Below, one piece after another: positions 55,192 to 64,000 of a stretch of 64,000 bases of DNA. The stretch is from assembly GCA_027073495.1 (NCBI GenBank), contig JALSVQ010000089.1, forward strand, positions 1,346 to 65,345, given 5' to 3'. The notes beneath the pieces were generated by a model. That model worked only from the letters and a program-made list of their open reading frames with translations. It did no database searches and had not been told where the DNA came from. The stretch comes from Flavobacteriaceae bacterium. GTDB taxonomy: Bacteria; Bacteroidota; Bacteroidia; Flavobacteriales; Flavobacteriaceae. The first letter of the stretch is position 1; each line of letters begins with the position of its first letter. The position numbers and the translations under genes were made by a program.

Positions 55192-55889
55192 TGAAAACAC
55201 TCGAAGACTATCAAGCTGGACAGGTTTTATTGATTGACAAACCCTTGGAGTGGACCTCTTTTCAGGTTGTGAATAAGCTCCGTTGGGAAATACGTCAAAA
55301 GTTTAAAATCAAAAAGATAAAAGTAGGTCATGCAGGAACATTAGATCCAAAAGCTACGGGTTTATTAATTATCTGTACTGGAAAATTCACTAAAAAAATA
55401 AGTGAGTACCAAGGGCAACTAAAGGAATACACTGGAACCATTACACTTGGTGCTACACGCCCTTCTTGCGATATGGAAACTGAAATCGACGCTCATTTTT
55501 CTTTAGAAAACATAAATGAAGCAGCTATTCTACAAAATGTAAAACAGTTTATTGGCGAAATAGATCAAGTTCCGCCTATTTTTTCAGCTTTAAAAAAAGA
55601 TGGTGTTCGGCTTTATGAATTGGCACGAAAAGGAGAAACCACCGAAATAAAATCGCGAAAAATCACTATTGAAGCATTTGAAATTACAGCTATTAATCTC
55701 CCAGATATTTCGTTTCGGATAGCGTGTAGTAAAGGAACTTATATAAGAGCAATAGCTCGTGATTTTGGTAAATCATTGAATAATGGCGCTTATTTATCTG
55801 CACTTCGTAGAACAAAAATTGGTGCTTTTAGTGTTGAAAACGCTCAAAGTATTGATGGATTTATTGAAAAAATAAAAAGGGATAATTAA
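55191..55889 (+). CDS. truB: tRNA pseudouridine(55) synthase TruB
   Basis: 232 aa with catalytic motif GHAGTLDPKATGLL. Confidence 0.9.
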   Translation: MKTLEDYQAGQVLLIDKPLEWTSFQVVNKLRWEIRQKFKIKKIKVGHAGTLDPKATGLLIICTGKFTKKISEYQGQLKEYTGTITLGATRPSCDMETEIDAHFSLENINEAAILQNVKQFIGEIDQVPPIFSALKKDGVRLYELARKGETTEIKSRKITIEAFEITAINLPDISFRIACSKGTYIRAIARDFGKSLNNGAYLSALRRTKIGAFSVENAQSIDGFIEKIKRDN

Positions 55890-55914
55890 CAATTGATGTA
55901 AAAAGTAAATCACT

Positions 55915-57291
55915 ATGGAAGAAACATCAAAAGAAGTAATTATTGAACATATTAAAAATCAGCGTAATTTTTTTGCTAGCAATAAAACGAAAAGTATTCC
56001 ATTTAGATTAGAACAACTACGCAACCTAAAAAAAGCCGTTCTAAAATATCAAACAATAATTGAAGATGCCTTATGGAAAGATTTGCATAAATCTCCAGAA
56101 GAAGCGTATTTAACCGAAATTAGTATTGTAACAGGAGAACTAAATAATCATATCAAACATTTAAAAAAGTGGGCAAGACCCAAAAAAGTTCATACGCCTT
56201 TTTATTTATTACCTTCTTCTAGTAAAATAATTTACGAACCACTTGGATTATCACTTATTGTAGCTCCTTGGAATTATCCTTTTCAGTTATTAATTAACAC
56301 TTTAATTGGTTCCATTTCGGCTGGTTGTTGCTGTATTTTAAAACCATCGCCAGATGCACCATCAGTTGCGAAATTAGTACAAGAAATGATAGCAGCAACT
56401 TTTGATGCGAATTACATTACTGTTGTCCAAGGCGGAAGAGCAACCAATACCATACTTTTTAATGAACGTTTTGATATTATTTTTTTTACAGGAAGTTCTA
56501 ATGTAGGAAAAGTGGTTATGAAAGCAGCTTCGCAACACGTAACACCAGTTGTTTTGGAGTTAGGTGGAAAAAGCCCTTGTATTGTTGATGTAGATGCCAA
56601 TCTTGATATTGCCGCAAAACGCATTGCTTGGGGAAAAATGATTAATGCAGGGCAAACTTGTATTGCGCCAGATTATCTTTTTGCACATCATACGATTAAA
56701 GATGAATTGATAGCTAAAATTGCATCGAATATTAAAGCAATGTATGGAGAAAACATCAAGGCAAGTCGTTTTTATCCGCGTATTGTAAATCAAAAGGCAA
56801 TGAACCGCCTAGAAAAGTTAATGAAGCAAGGAAAAATACATTCTGGAGGAAAAATTGATAAAAAAGAACGATTTATTGAACCTACAATTATTGACAATGT
56901 AAATCCTGATTTTTTAATAATGCAAGAAGAAATATTTGGTCCTATTTTACCAGTAATGACTTTTAATCATATTAACGAAATCATTGATTATATTAATAAA
57001 AATGAAAAACCTTTAGCATTTTACTATTTCGGAAAAAACAACAATGCAAAGGAAATTCTAGCAAAAACAAGTTCTGGTGGCGCTTGTATTAACGATACTT
57101 TAATGCATATAACCAATCATAACTTACCTTTTGGCGGCGTTGGAAATAGCGGTATAGGAAAATATCACGGAAAAGAAAGCTTTTTCGCTTTTAGTAACAA
57201 AAGAGCTATTCTATCCACACCAACTTGGATTGATTTACCACTGAAATACGTGCCTTTTAAATATTTTAAATGGATAAAAAGATTCTTGTAA
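55915..57291 (+). CDS. Aldehyde dehydrogenase (class-3-like)
   Basis: 458 aa with LELGGKSP and catalytic Cys in GQTCIAPDY. Confidence 0.85.
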   Translation: MEETSKEVIIEHIKNQRNFFASNKTKSIPFRLEQLRNLKKAVLKYQTIIEDALWKDLHKSPEEAYLTEISIVTGELNNHIKHLKKWARPKKVHTPFYLLPSSSKIIYEPLGLSLIVAPWNYPFQLLINTLIGSISAGCCCILKPSPDAPSVAKLVQEMIAATFDANYITVVQGGRATNTILFNERFDIIFFTGSSNVGKVVMKAASQHVTPVVLELGGKSPCIVDVDANLDIAAKRIAWGKMINAGQTCIAPDYLFAHHTIKDELIAKIASNIKAMYGENIKASRFYPRIVNQKAMNRLEKLMKQGKIHSGGKIDKKERFIEPTIIDNVNPDFLIMQEEIFGPILPVMTFNHINEIIDYINKNEKPLAFYYFGKNNNAKEILAKTSSGGACINDTLMHITNHNLPFGGVGNSGIGKYHGKESFFAFSNKRAILSTPTWIDLPLKYVPFKYFKWIKRFL

Positions 57292-57312
57292 ATACAAATG
57301 ATTTAAAAAAAA

Positions 57313-57351
57313 TAAAAAAAACCAGAATTATATATTATAATTCTGGGTTTT
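57313..57351. terminator. Bidirectional rho-independent terminator
   Basis: aaaaaaaACCAGAATTATAtatTATAATTCTGGGtttt lies between convergent genes. Confidence 0.7.
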
Positions 57352-57372
57352 AAGTGAATATTTAATAAATTA

Positions 57373-59682
57373 TTAAAAACCAATACTAACACCTAATAAA
57401 GCATTAATACCGGCTTGTGGATAATAATAAGGCGTTGTTCCCCACATATAACCATTAGATTCGTAGCTTGTATTGAATAGATTATTTACCAAAGCATTTA
57501 CACGAATTGATTGTATCCCTTTATGGAATTTTTTAGTGTATGAAAGATTCAAATCATTTACAAAATAAGCTTTTAACACGGATTCGTTTGTATTTTCGTT
57601 ATTCATATACTGTTCTCCTACATATTTCGATAGTAAGGCGATAGAAAAAGCTTTATTAAAGCTGTATTTTAAAGCATTTCCTGCAACAATACTAGGTGAA
57701 TACGTTATGGTTGTGTTCCCTAAATTTTCTACTGTTCCTGCATTATCAATATAATAATCAATATTTTTATTACTGCTAATGCTTATATTAGGTGTTATTT
57801 GCCATTTTTTAAGTTGAAAAGCTGTCGTTACTTCAAGACCAATACGCTTGCTTTTTCCTACATTTTTACGAATAGGATTTCCTACATTATCTAAAGCACC
57901 TGTTAGCACCAATTGATCGGCATAAAACATAGCATAAAGCGTAGTGTTAAGTGCAAAATGGGCTTTATTTAAGCGGTAACCCAACTCAAAATCATTCAAT
58001 GCTTCAGGTTTTGGTGTTACTACTGCCCACTCATAGTCACCACGGTTCGGTTCTTTGTGTGCTTTGGCATACGAAAAATAATAATTTTTTGAAGCATCAC
58101 CATAAACCAAACCAAATTTAGGATTAAAGAAATTAAACGAAACATCAACATCATCTGGACTCGCAAAATTAGTGGTTTTATACGAAACCATACGCTCTTG
58201 AATATCGGCAAAAGCCTTTAGTTTATCATTAATAGCATATTCATATTTAGCATAAATATTAAAGTCTTTTTTTGTTCCATTATTATCATAATATTTATGA
58301 CGAATCTCACTATCAGCTGCGTTGCGAGCCCAAATAATTTTTCCATAATGATCACCAGAATATATATTGTAATCGATACCAATTTTAAGGTTTTTATGAC
58401 TTACTGCTGATGTAAAACCATAAAAATCATTATCAAGCCACTTCTGACGAATTAAATCGGTAGTATTAACGGTAACACCGCCTACAGTATATGGTGTAAG
58501 TCCATAATCAGCAAAATCACGGTCTTGTTTGTATTGTTCATAATAACCATAGCCTTTGGTATAATGAATGGCAGCTTTGGCATACCAATCATTAGCTAAT
58601 TCTTGTATAATATGCAGCTGATAATGCGCTTGTGTATAATCATCAACTTCATTATCATAATAACCCACCACATTCCAGTTTGCATCATAAATAGCACCTG
58701 CAGAATTAAAGGTGCGGTCTGTAGCCATTGTACTGGCATCAATACCATTCCAAGATTGATATGTTTTTTCGTGTCCACCAAAAGCAAAGGCTTTAATAGT
58801 AGTTTTATGATTGCTGCTATGGTAATTTGTATTAAAAAAATACGATTTCAAATTTGATGATGCGCGATCTATATAACCATCGGAATAGATTTTGGATAAG
58901 CGTCCAGAAAAATCAAAATTTCCTAAAGTACCACTATTCATTTTTAAGGTATATTTCTGCGTATTAAACGAACCAAAAGACACATCAAAACTAGTGTTAG
59001 CTTCTTTATTTCCAATGTTTGTTTCTAAGTTAAGGCTTGCTCCGAAAGCACCTGCACCATTCGTAGAAGTTCCTACACCACGTTGCAGCTGAACACTAGA
59101 AGTATTGCTTGCAAAATCAGGTAAATCTACCCAATATGTTCCTTGTGATTCACTATCATTAAGCGGAATGCCGTTAATAGTAACATTGACACGTGTAGCA
59201 TCTGAACCACGCACACGAATACCTGTGTAACCTACTCCTGCCCCAGCATCTGAAGTCGTTACTACATTTGCCAATGTGTTTAATAATATCGGGATATCTT
59301 GTCCGAGATTGCGTTCTTCAAGTTCTTTTTGTGCTACCGTTGTTTGTGTGTACGGATCTGTAGCTTTAACGCGATTGCTCGATAATACTACCGCATCAAT
59401 TGCTGTTGTTTTAAAAGTAATGTTTAGTACTTGATTTGCTGTTAATACAAGTGATTTCACTATTTTTTGTCCTGCATAATCATAACTAATAGTATGATTT
59501 CCTGAAGCTAATTCCAATTGGTAAAATCCTTTATTATCAGAAAATGTTTGCTTTGTTTCTGAGCTTATTTGCACATTGGCAAGTGCTCCATATTCATCTT
59601 GTACTGTTCCAAAAAGTGTAATTGTTTGCGCTTGTACGACACTAAAAATACTAAGTAATAGTAGTATAAATGCTTGTTTCAT
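57373..59682 (-). CDS. TonB-dependent receptor (thiamine-related uptake inferred from the riboswitch)
   Basis: 769 aa with a signal peptide, carboxypeptidase-regulatory-like N-domain, plug, beta-barrel and terminal aromatic residue (..LGVSIGF). Confidence 0.85.
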   Translation of the reverse strand: MKQAFILLLLSIFSVVQAQTITLFGTVQDEYGALANVQISSETKQTFSDNKGFYQLELASGNHTISYDYAGQKIVKSLVLTANQVLNITFKTTAIDAVVLSSNRVKATDPYTQTTVAQKELEERNLGQDIPILLNTLANVVTTSDAGAGVGYTGIRVRGSDATRVNVTINGIPLNDSESQGTYWVDLPDFASNTSSVQLQRGVGTSTNGAGAFGASLNLETNIGNKEANTSFDVSFGSFNTQKYTLKMNSGTLGNFDFSGRLSKIYSDGYIDRASSNLKSYFFNTNYHSSNHKTTIKAFAFGGHEKTYQSWNGIDASTMATDRTFNSAGAIYDANWNVVGYYDNEVDDYTQAHYQLHIIQELANDWYAKAAIHYTKGYGYYEQYKQDRDFADYGLTPYTVGGVTVNTTDLIRQKWLDNDFYGFTSAVSHKNLKIGIDYNIYSGDHYGKIIWARNAADSEIRHKYYDNNGTKKDFNIYAKYEYAINDKLKAFADIQERMVSYKTTNFASPDDVDVSFNFFNPKFGLVYGDASKNYYFSYAKAHKEPNRGDYEWAVVTPKPEALNDFELGYRLNKAHFALNTTLYAMFYADQLVLTGALDNVGNPIRKNVGKSKRIGLEVTTAFQLKKWQITPNISISSNKNIDYYIDNAGTVENLGNTTITYSPSIVAGNALKYSFNKAFSIALLSKYVGEQYMNNENTNESVLKAYFVNDLNLSYTKKFHKGIQSIRVNALVNNLFNTSYESNGYMWGTTPYYYPQAGINALLGVSIGF

Positions 59683-59715
59683 TTTTATTATTTTATAAAT
59701 TAATTAAATAATAAA

Positions 59716-59816
59716 AAAGGACACATTAATGCATAGCATTTACGGCAAATCCCTTAACAGCATTACCTGTTCAGGTTCTATGGGTATAATCTCAGCACAA
59801 GGCACCCCTTTTTATT
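59716..59816 (-). promoter_or_regulatory. TPP (THI-box) riboswitch in the leader of the TonB-dependent receptor
   Basis: The reverse strand reads GGGGUGCCUUGUGCUGAGAUUAUACCCAUAGAACCUGAACAGGUAAUGCUGUUAAGGGA. This contains the conserved GGGGUGC, CUGAGA, ACCC, AACCUGA, GGUAAUGC and AGGGA blocks. A TAccTTTG box (59823-59830) lies just upstream. Confidence 0.8.
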
Positions 59817-59965
59817 GTAATGCAAAGGTATTGTTTATTTTGGAAATACAAATCACAAAAACACAATATATAATTATAAAATCATTAGTACTTTTAAAAG
59901 ACTATAGACCAATTCGTTAAAAAACAGAAAACTTTAAAGCAATTTAATTGATAATGATTCTAAAA

Positions 59966-62800
59966 CTATCCTACAATATTCACAATTTTACCAGGAACAA
60001 CAATTACTTTTTTAGGCGTTCTTCCTGCTAATTGTTTTTGTGTTCGCTCGTCTTCCATTACTGCTTTTTCGATTGCTTCTTTGCTTAAATCTAAAGATAA
60101 ATCCATTGTAAAACGCATTTTTCCATTAAAAGAAATTGGATAGGTTTTGCTGCTTTCTATCAAATAACTGGCATCAAACACTGGGAATGGTGCTGTAGCA
60201 ATAGAGGCGGTATGTCCTGTTTTTTGCCATAATTCTTCTGCAGTATGTGGCGCATAAGGCGATAATAAAACTAACAAGGGTTCCAACACTGTCCTGTGAT
60301 TGCATTTTTGCTGTGTTAATTCGTTTACAGCAATCATAAAACTACTCACAGAAGTGTTAAAAGAGAAATTAGCAATATCTTCATCTACTTTTTTGATGGT
60401 TTTGTGGAGTGTTTTCATAGATTCTTTGCTTGGTTCCTCATCACTTAGATTCACATTACCTTGTTCATCTATTTGGTAGAGTTTCCATAGTTTTTTTAGG
60501 AAAGAATATACACCAGAAATACCCGAAGTTTTCCAAGGTTTTGATTGTTCTAATGGTCCTAAAAACATTTCAAATAAGCGCAAACTATCAGCTCCATATT
60601 CATCACAAATATCATCTGGATTTACTACATTGTATTTGGATTTTGACATTTTTTCGACTTCTCTGCCAACAATGTATTTAGCATCTTCTAAAACAAATTT
60701 GGCATCTTTAAAGTCTTCTCTCCAATTTTTAAAAGCAGCTACATTCAATTCGTTAGAAGTGTTTACAAAGGATACATCTACATGAATTGGCTGTACTTTC
60801 TTAGCTGTAATCAATCCTTTAGAATAAAAAGTGTTTGTACCTTCTTCTCGGTATGCAAAAGCACTTTCACCTAAAATCATTCCTTGATTAATCAGTTTTT
60901 TCGCGTATTCTTTTTTAGTTACAAAACCACGATCGAATAAGAATTTTTGCCAAAAACGAGAATACAACAAATGTCCAGTTGCATGTTCGCTACCGCCAAT
61001 GTATAAATCAACATCTTGCCAATACGCTAATGCTTCTTTACTTGCAAATTCATCATTATTATGTGCATCCATATAACGGTTAAAATACCAAGAACTTCCT
61101 GCCCAACCAGGCATCGTATTTAACTCTAATGGAAAAACGGTTGTATTATCTATTAAATTATTGCTTACTACCTTGTTGTTAGCAGTGTCCCAAGCCCAGT
61201 TTTTAGCATTTCCAAGTGGTGGTTGCCCATCTTCGGTTGGTAAATATTTTGCTACTTCAGGCAAAATTAATGGTAAATATTCTTTTGCTATGGTTTGCGG
61301 CATACTGTTTTCATCATAAAAAACAGGAATTGGTTCTCCCCAATAACGTTGACGTGCAAAAATAGCATCGCGCAAGCGGTAATTGGTTTTTGTGTAACCA
61401 ATCTTTTGTTTTTCCAATTCATATAAAACCGTTTTAAAGGCTTTTTTATACGGTAAATCAGTAAGAAAATCAGAATTAGCAATAACTGCATTTCCTTTGT
61501 CTTCAAAAGCTGTTTCAGAAACGTCTACAGCTTTAAATATGTTTGGAATTGGCAAACCAAAGTGCTTGGCAAAATCGTAATCACGTTGATCGCCACAAGG
61601 CACTGCCATTACGGCTCCTGTTCCATAACCAGCTAATACATAATCGCCAATATAAATAGGAATTAGTTCTTTGGTAAACGGATGTTCTGCGTAAGCTCCA
61701 GTAAACACACCAGAAACCGTTTTTACATCGCTCATACGTTCGCGTTCGGTACGTTTTGCAGTAGCTTTAACATAGGCTTCTACGGCTTCTTTTTGTTCTG
61801 GAGTGGTAATTTTTGAAACCAATTCGTGTTCTGGAGCCAAAGTCATAAACGAAACACCGAAAATGGTATCTGGTCTGGTAGTAAAAACTTCCACGGAACT
61901 TTTCTCTTTTAATTTTTCACTTTTCACTAAAAAAGAGACCATTGCACCTTCACTTCTTCCAATCCAATTGGTCTGAATATCTTTTATAGGTTGTGGCCAA
62001 TCAATATCTTGTAAATCATCTAACAAACGCTGTGCATAAGCGGTAATTCGCATAGACCATTGCATCATTTTTTTTTGTACCACAGGATAGCCACCACGTT
62101 CAGAAACACCGTTCACAACCTCATCATTGGCTAATACTGTTCCTAGTTTTGGGCACCAGTTTACAGTAGTTTCTTTAAGGTATGTTAAACGATATTTTAA
62201 TAAAAATTCTTGTTTTTCTTTATCCGAAAAATGATTCCAATCTGCTGCCGTGATTTGTGGCGTATCTTCATCACAAACAGCGTTTAATGGTAAATTTCCT
62301 TCGGTTTCAAACACAGGAATGAGTTCTGAAATTGGTCGTGCTTGATTGGCATCTTTGCAGTAATATGCGTTAAAAAGCTCCGTAAAAACCCATTGTGTGT
62401 GTTTGTAAAAATCGGGATTAGAAGTACGTACTTCTCGACTCCAATCAAAAGAAAAACCTATTCTATCTAACTGACGACGATAGGTTTTGATATTTTCTTC
62501 GGTCGTTTTTGCAGGATGTTGTCCTGTTTGGATGGCGTATTGTTCGGCAGGCAAACCAAAAGAATCATAACCTTGAGGGTGTAATACATTAAAGCCTTTG
62601 TGACGCTTGTATCTTGCATAAATATCGGATGCAATATAGCCTAATGGATGTCCAACGTGCAAACCTGCACCACTAGGATAAGGAAACATATCTAAAGCAT
62701 AGAACTTGGGCTTATCGCTAGTGTTACTTGCTTTAAACGTTTGGTTTACTGCCCAATATTTTTGCCATTTTTCTTCAATATCCTTATGCAAATACTTCAT
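59966..62800 (-). CDS. leuS: Leucine--tRNA ligase
   Basis: The start is taken at MKYLHKDIEEKWQKYW (16th codon of the track ORF), because a TAtcTTTG box at 62843-62850 lies inside the longer ORF. It carries HVGHP and KMSKS motifs. Confidence 0.9.
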   Translation of the reverse strand: MKYLHKDIEEKWQKYWAVNQTFKASNTSDKPKFYALDMFPYPSGAGLHVGHPLGYIASDIYARYKRHKGFNVLHPQGYDSFGLPAEQYAIQTGQHPAKTTEENIKTYRRQLDRIGFSFDWSREVRTSNPDFYKHTQWVFTELFNAYYCKDANQARPISELIPVFETEGNLPLNAVCDEDTPQITAADWNHFSDKEKQEFLLKYRLTYLKETTVNWCPKLGTVLANDEVVNGVSERGGYPVVQKKMMQWSMRITAYAQRLLDDLQDIDWPQPIKDIQTNWIGRSEGAMVSFLVKSEKLKEKSSVEVFTTRPDTIFGVSFMTLAPEHELVSKITTPEQKEAVEAYVKATAKRTERERMSDVKTVSGVFTGAYAEHPFTKELIPIYIGDYVLAGYGTGAVMAVPCGDQRDYDFAKHFGLPIPNIFKAVDVSETAFEDKGNAVIANSDFLTDLPYKKAFKTVLYELEKQKIGYTKTNYRLRDAIFARQRYWGEPIPVFYDENSMPQTIAKEYLPLILPEVAKYLPTEDGQPPLGNAKNWAWDTANNKVVSNNLIDNTTVFPLELNTMPGWAGSSWYFNRYMDAHNNDEFASKEALAYWQDVDLYIGGSEHATGHLLYSRFWQKFLFDRGFVTKKEYAKKLINQGMILGESAFAYREEGTNTFYSKGLITAKKVQPIHVDVSFVNTSNELNVAAFKNWREDFKDAKFVLEDAKYIVGREVEKMSKSKYNVVNPDDICDEYGADSLRLFEMFLGPLEQSKPWKTSGISGVYSFLKKLWKLYQIDEQGNVNLSDEEPSKESMKTLHKTIKKVDEDIANFSFNTSVSSFMIAVNELTQQKCNHRTVLEPLLVLLSPYAPHTAEELWQKTGHTASIATAPFPVFDASYLIESSKTYPISFNGKMRFTMDLSLDLSKEAIEKAVMEDERTQKQLAGRTPKKVIVVPGKIVNIVG

Positions 62801-63020
62801 TATATCTTTTTTAAACGTGTATAAATTTTTCTTACAAAGATGCAAAGATAAAAAGACCGCTGTATAATTACTAAAAAATACAGAAATATAAATCTAGATG
62901 CTATATGAGCAGGTATAAAGTATCTCTCAATGGAACAGTTTTTACTATTGGAAAAACCTATATAAAAGCTTTTGAAAAAAGATTGAAGCTATTGTACAAT
63001 ATTTAATTTTCTTTATAAAA

Positions 63021-63059
63021 CAAAAAACCTACTTAAAATAATTTTAAGTAGGTTTTTTA
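63021..63059 (-). terminator. Rho-independent terminator after trxA
   Basis: aaaaaACCTACTTAAAAtaaTTTTAAGTAGGTttttt. Confidence 0.7.
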
Positions 63060-63079
63060 TTATGTTCTAAATTAAAAGT

Positions 63080-63409
63080 TTATGCATCACCATTTAATAA
63101 TGCATCCAAACCTTCTTTATATGTAGAAGCAGGTGCTACACCAACTTGTCTTCCTACTACTTCACCATTTTGGAAAATAAGTACAGTTGGGATATTACGT
63201 ACACCAAACTGTGCTGCATATTTTTGGTTTTGGTCAACATCAAGTTTACCTATTATTGCTTTTTCTTCATAATCTTTTGAAAGCTGCTCAACTATAGGAG
63301 CTAGCATTCTACAAGGACCACACCAAGCAGCCCAAAAATCTACTAATACTGGTTTATCCGCTTTTAATACTTGTTCTTCGAAGTTATCGTCATTAAATTC
63401 TAAAGCCAT
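63080..63409 (-). CDS. trxA: Thioredoxin
   Basis: 109 aa with active site WCGPC. Confidence 0.9.
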   Translation of the reverse strand: MALEFNDDNFEEQVLKADKPVLVDFWAAWCGPCRMLAPIVEQLSKDYEEKAIIGKLDVDQNQKYAAQFGVRNIPTVLIFQNGEVVGRQVGVAPASTYKEGLDALLNGDA

Positions 63410-63509
63410 ATTGTCTGTGTTTAAATATTAATTTTTAGCAAATATAAGTAATTATTATTGCTTAGCGAGTTGCTCTTTTATCAATTTTATTTATTGTATG
63501 ATAAGTATT

Positions 63510-63962
63510 TTACATATTATCACTTGCAAACCACTCGGCATGAGAAGTTCCTGTTTCTTGTAGCTTTAAGCTAAACAGTTTTATATGCTTAGGTAGTTTT
63601 GCATTTATTTTGGATGCAAAATCTATTAATAGCATTTCGCTTGTTGGTTGATACGCTACAAGTATCACACGATGTTCTCGCTTTATTAGTTCTTCTGCCA
63701 ATTCAAAATGTGGTGTGTTTTTGTTAAGCACAATAGCATGGTCAAAAGGGTTTACTATTTCTTCTTTCACTATTTTTTTTAGATCTCCAAAGTCAATCAC
63801 CATGCCGTATTTTACATGATTTTTATCCAATAATGGTTGCCCAATAACAGTCACCGATAGCTCATAAGAATGTCCGTGTACATTTTTGCACTTCCCATCA
63901 TAGCCGTAGAGCGCATGACCTGTTTCAAAGTTAAACCTTTTGGTAATTCGTATGGTATTCAT
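63510..63962 (-). CDS. queD: 6-carboxytetrahydropterin synthase QueD
   Basis: 150 aa: FNFETGHALYGYDGKCKNVHGHSYEL. Confidence 0.85.
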   Translation of the reverse strand: MNTIRITKRFNFETGHALYGYDGKCKNVHGHSYELSVTVIGQPLLDKNHVKYGMVIDFGDLKKIVKEEIVNPFDHAIVLNKNTPHFELAEELIKREHRVILVAYQPTSEMLLIDFASKINAKLPKHIKLFSLKLQETGTSHAEWFASDNM

Positions 63963-64000
63963 TATTTCTCTGGGTTTTGACTGTTTTTTGCGGAACGATA

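Noticed and set aside
59729-59920. A 63-aa + strand ORF upstream of the TonB-dependent receptor.
   Set aside because: It overlaps the TPP riboswitch and promoter on the opposite strand. The RNA element explains the conservation-like structure.
62801-62845. N-terminal extensions in track ORFs: leuS 62845, ssb2 42447, kinase 35713, XdhA-like 29368 and cargo gene 13812.
   Set aside because: The extensions overlap promoter boxes or upstream gene ends and lack conservation-like sequence. Internal ATGs give canonical N-termini.

Overview
The window is a low-GC chromosomal segment, about one third G+C by eye. It comes from a member of Bacteroidota and is almost certainly Flavobacteriia. Supporting evidence: the gldE-gldD gliding-motility pair, a SprE/PorW-like TPR lipoprotein, a giant secreted protein ending in a type-IX-secretion C-terminal sorting domain, TAnnTTTG -7 promoter boxes 15-60 nt upstream of many start codons, and no Shine-Dalgarno sequences. 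Most of the window is tightly packed housekeeping DNA: ctaA, mutY, ssb, HU, RNase E/G, mscL, alr, tdk, rsmI, truA, pyk, acpP-fabF-rnc, rimM-rpsP, add, truB, leuS, trxA and queD. I found no rRNA, tRNA, CRISPR array, transposase or integrase. Six places look accessory or unusual. (1) A 2.2-kb three-gene cassette encodes a tiny TM peptide, an 80-aa protein and an enlarged YeiH/UPF0324-type transporter. It sits between two ~258-bp direct copies of the 3' end of a tRNA m6A-methyltransferase gene, which looks like an insertion scar without a recombinase. (2) An AMP-dependent ligase is translationally coupled to an orphan XdhA-like 2Fe-2S/FAD subunit and abuts a truncated, frameshifted amidohydrolase remnant. 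(3) An uncharacterised 594-aa protein lies next to acpP-fabF-rnc and has its own palindromic operator candidate. (4) An AT-rich islet carries a secreted protein and a PLD-type (HxK) nuclease-like protein. (5) A ~1325-codon T9SS cargo gene is split by a 1-nt frameshift and is built from a tandem ~1.18-kb duplication. (6) A TPP riboswitch precedes a TonB-dependent receptor. There is also an unannotated 30-aa ultra-basic peptide gene, and a U32-family enzyme is coupled to a small ferredoxin between two RNA-modification genes. All coordinates for features outside the ORF track were counted by hand and may be off by 1-2 nt.
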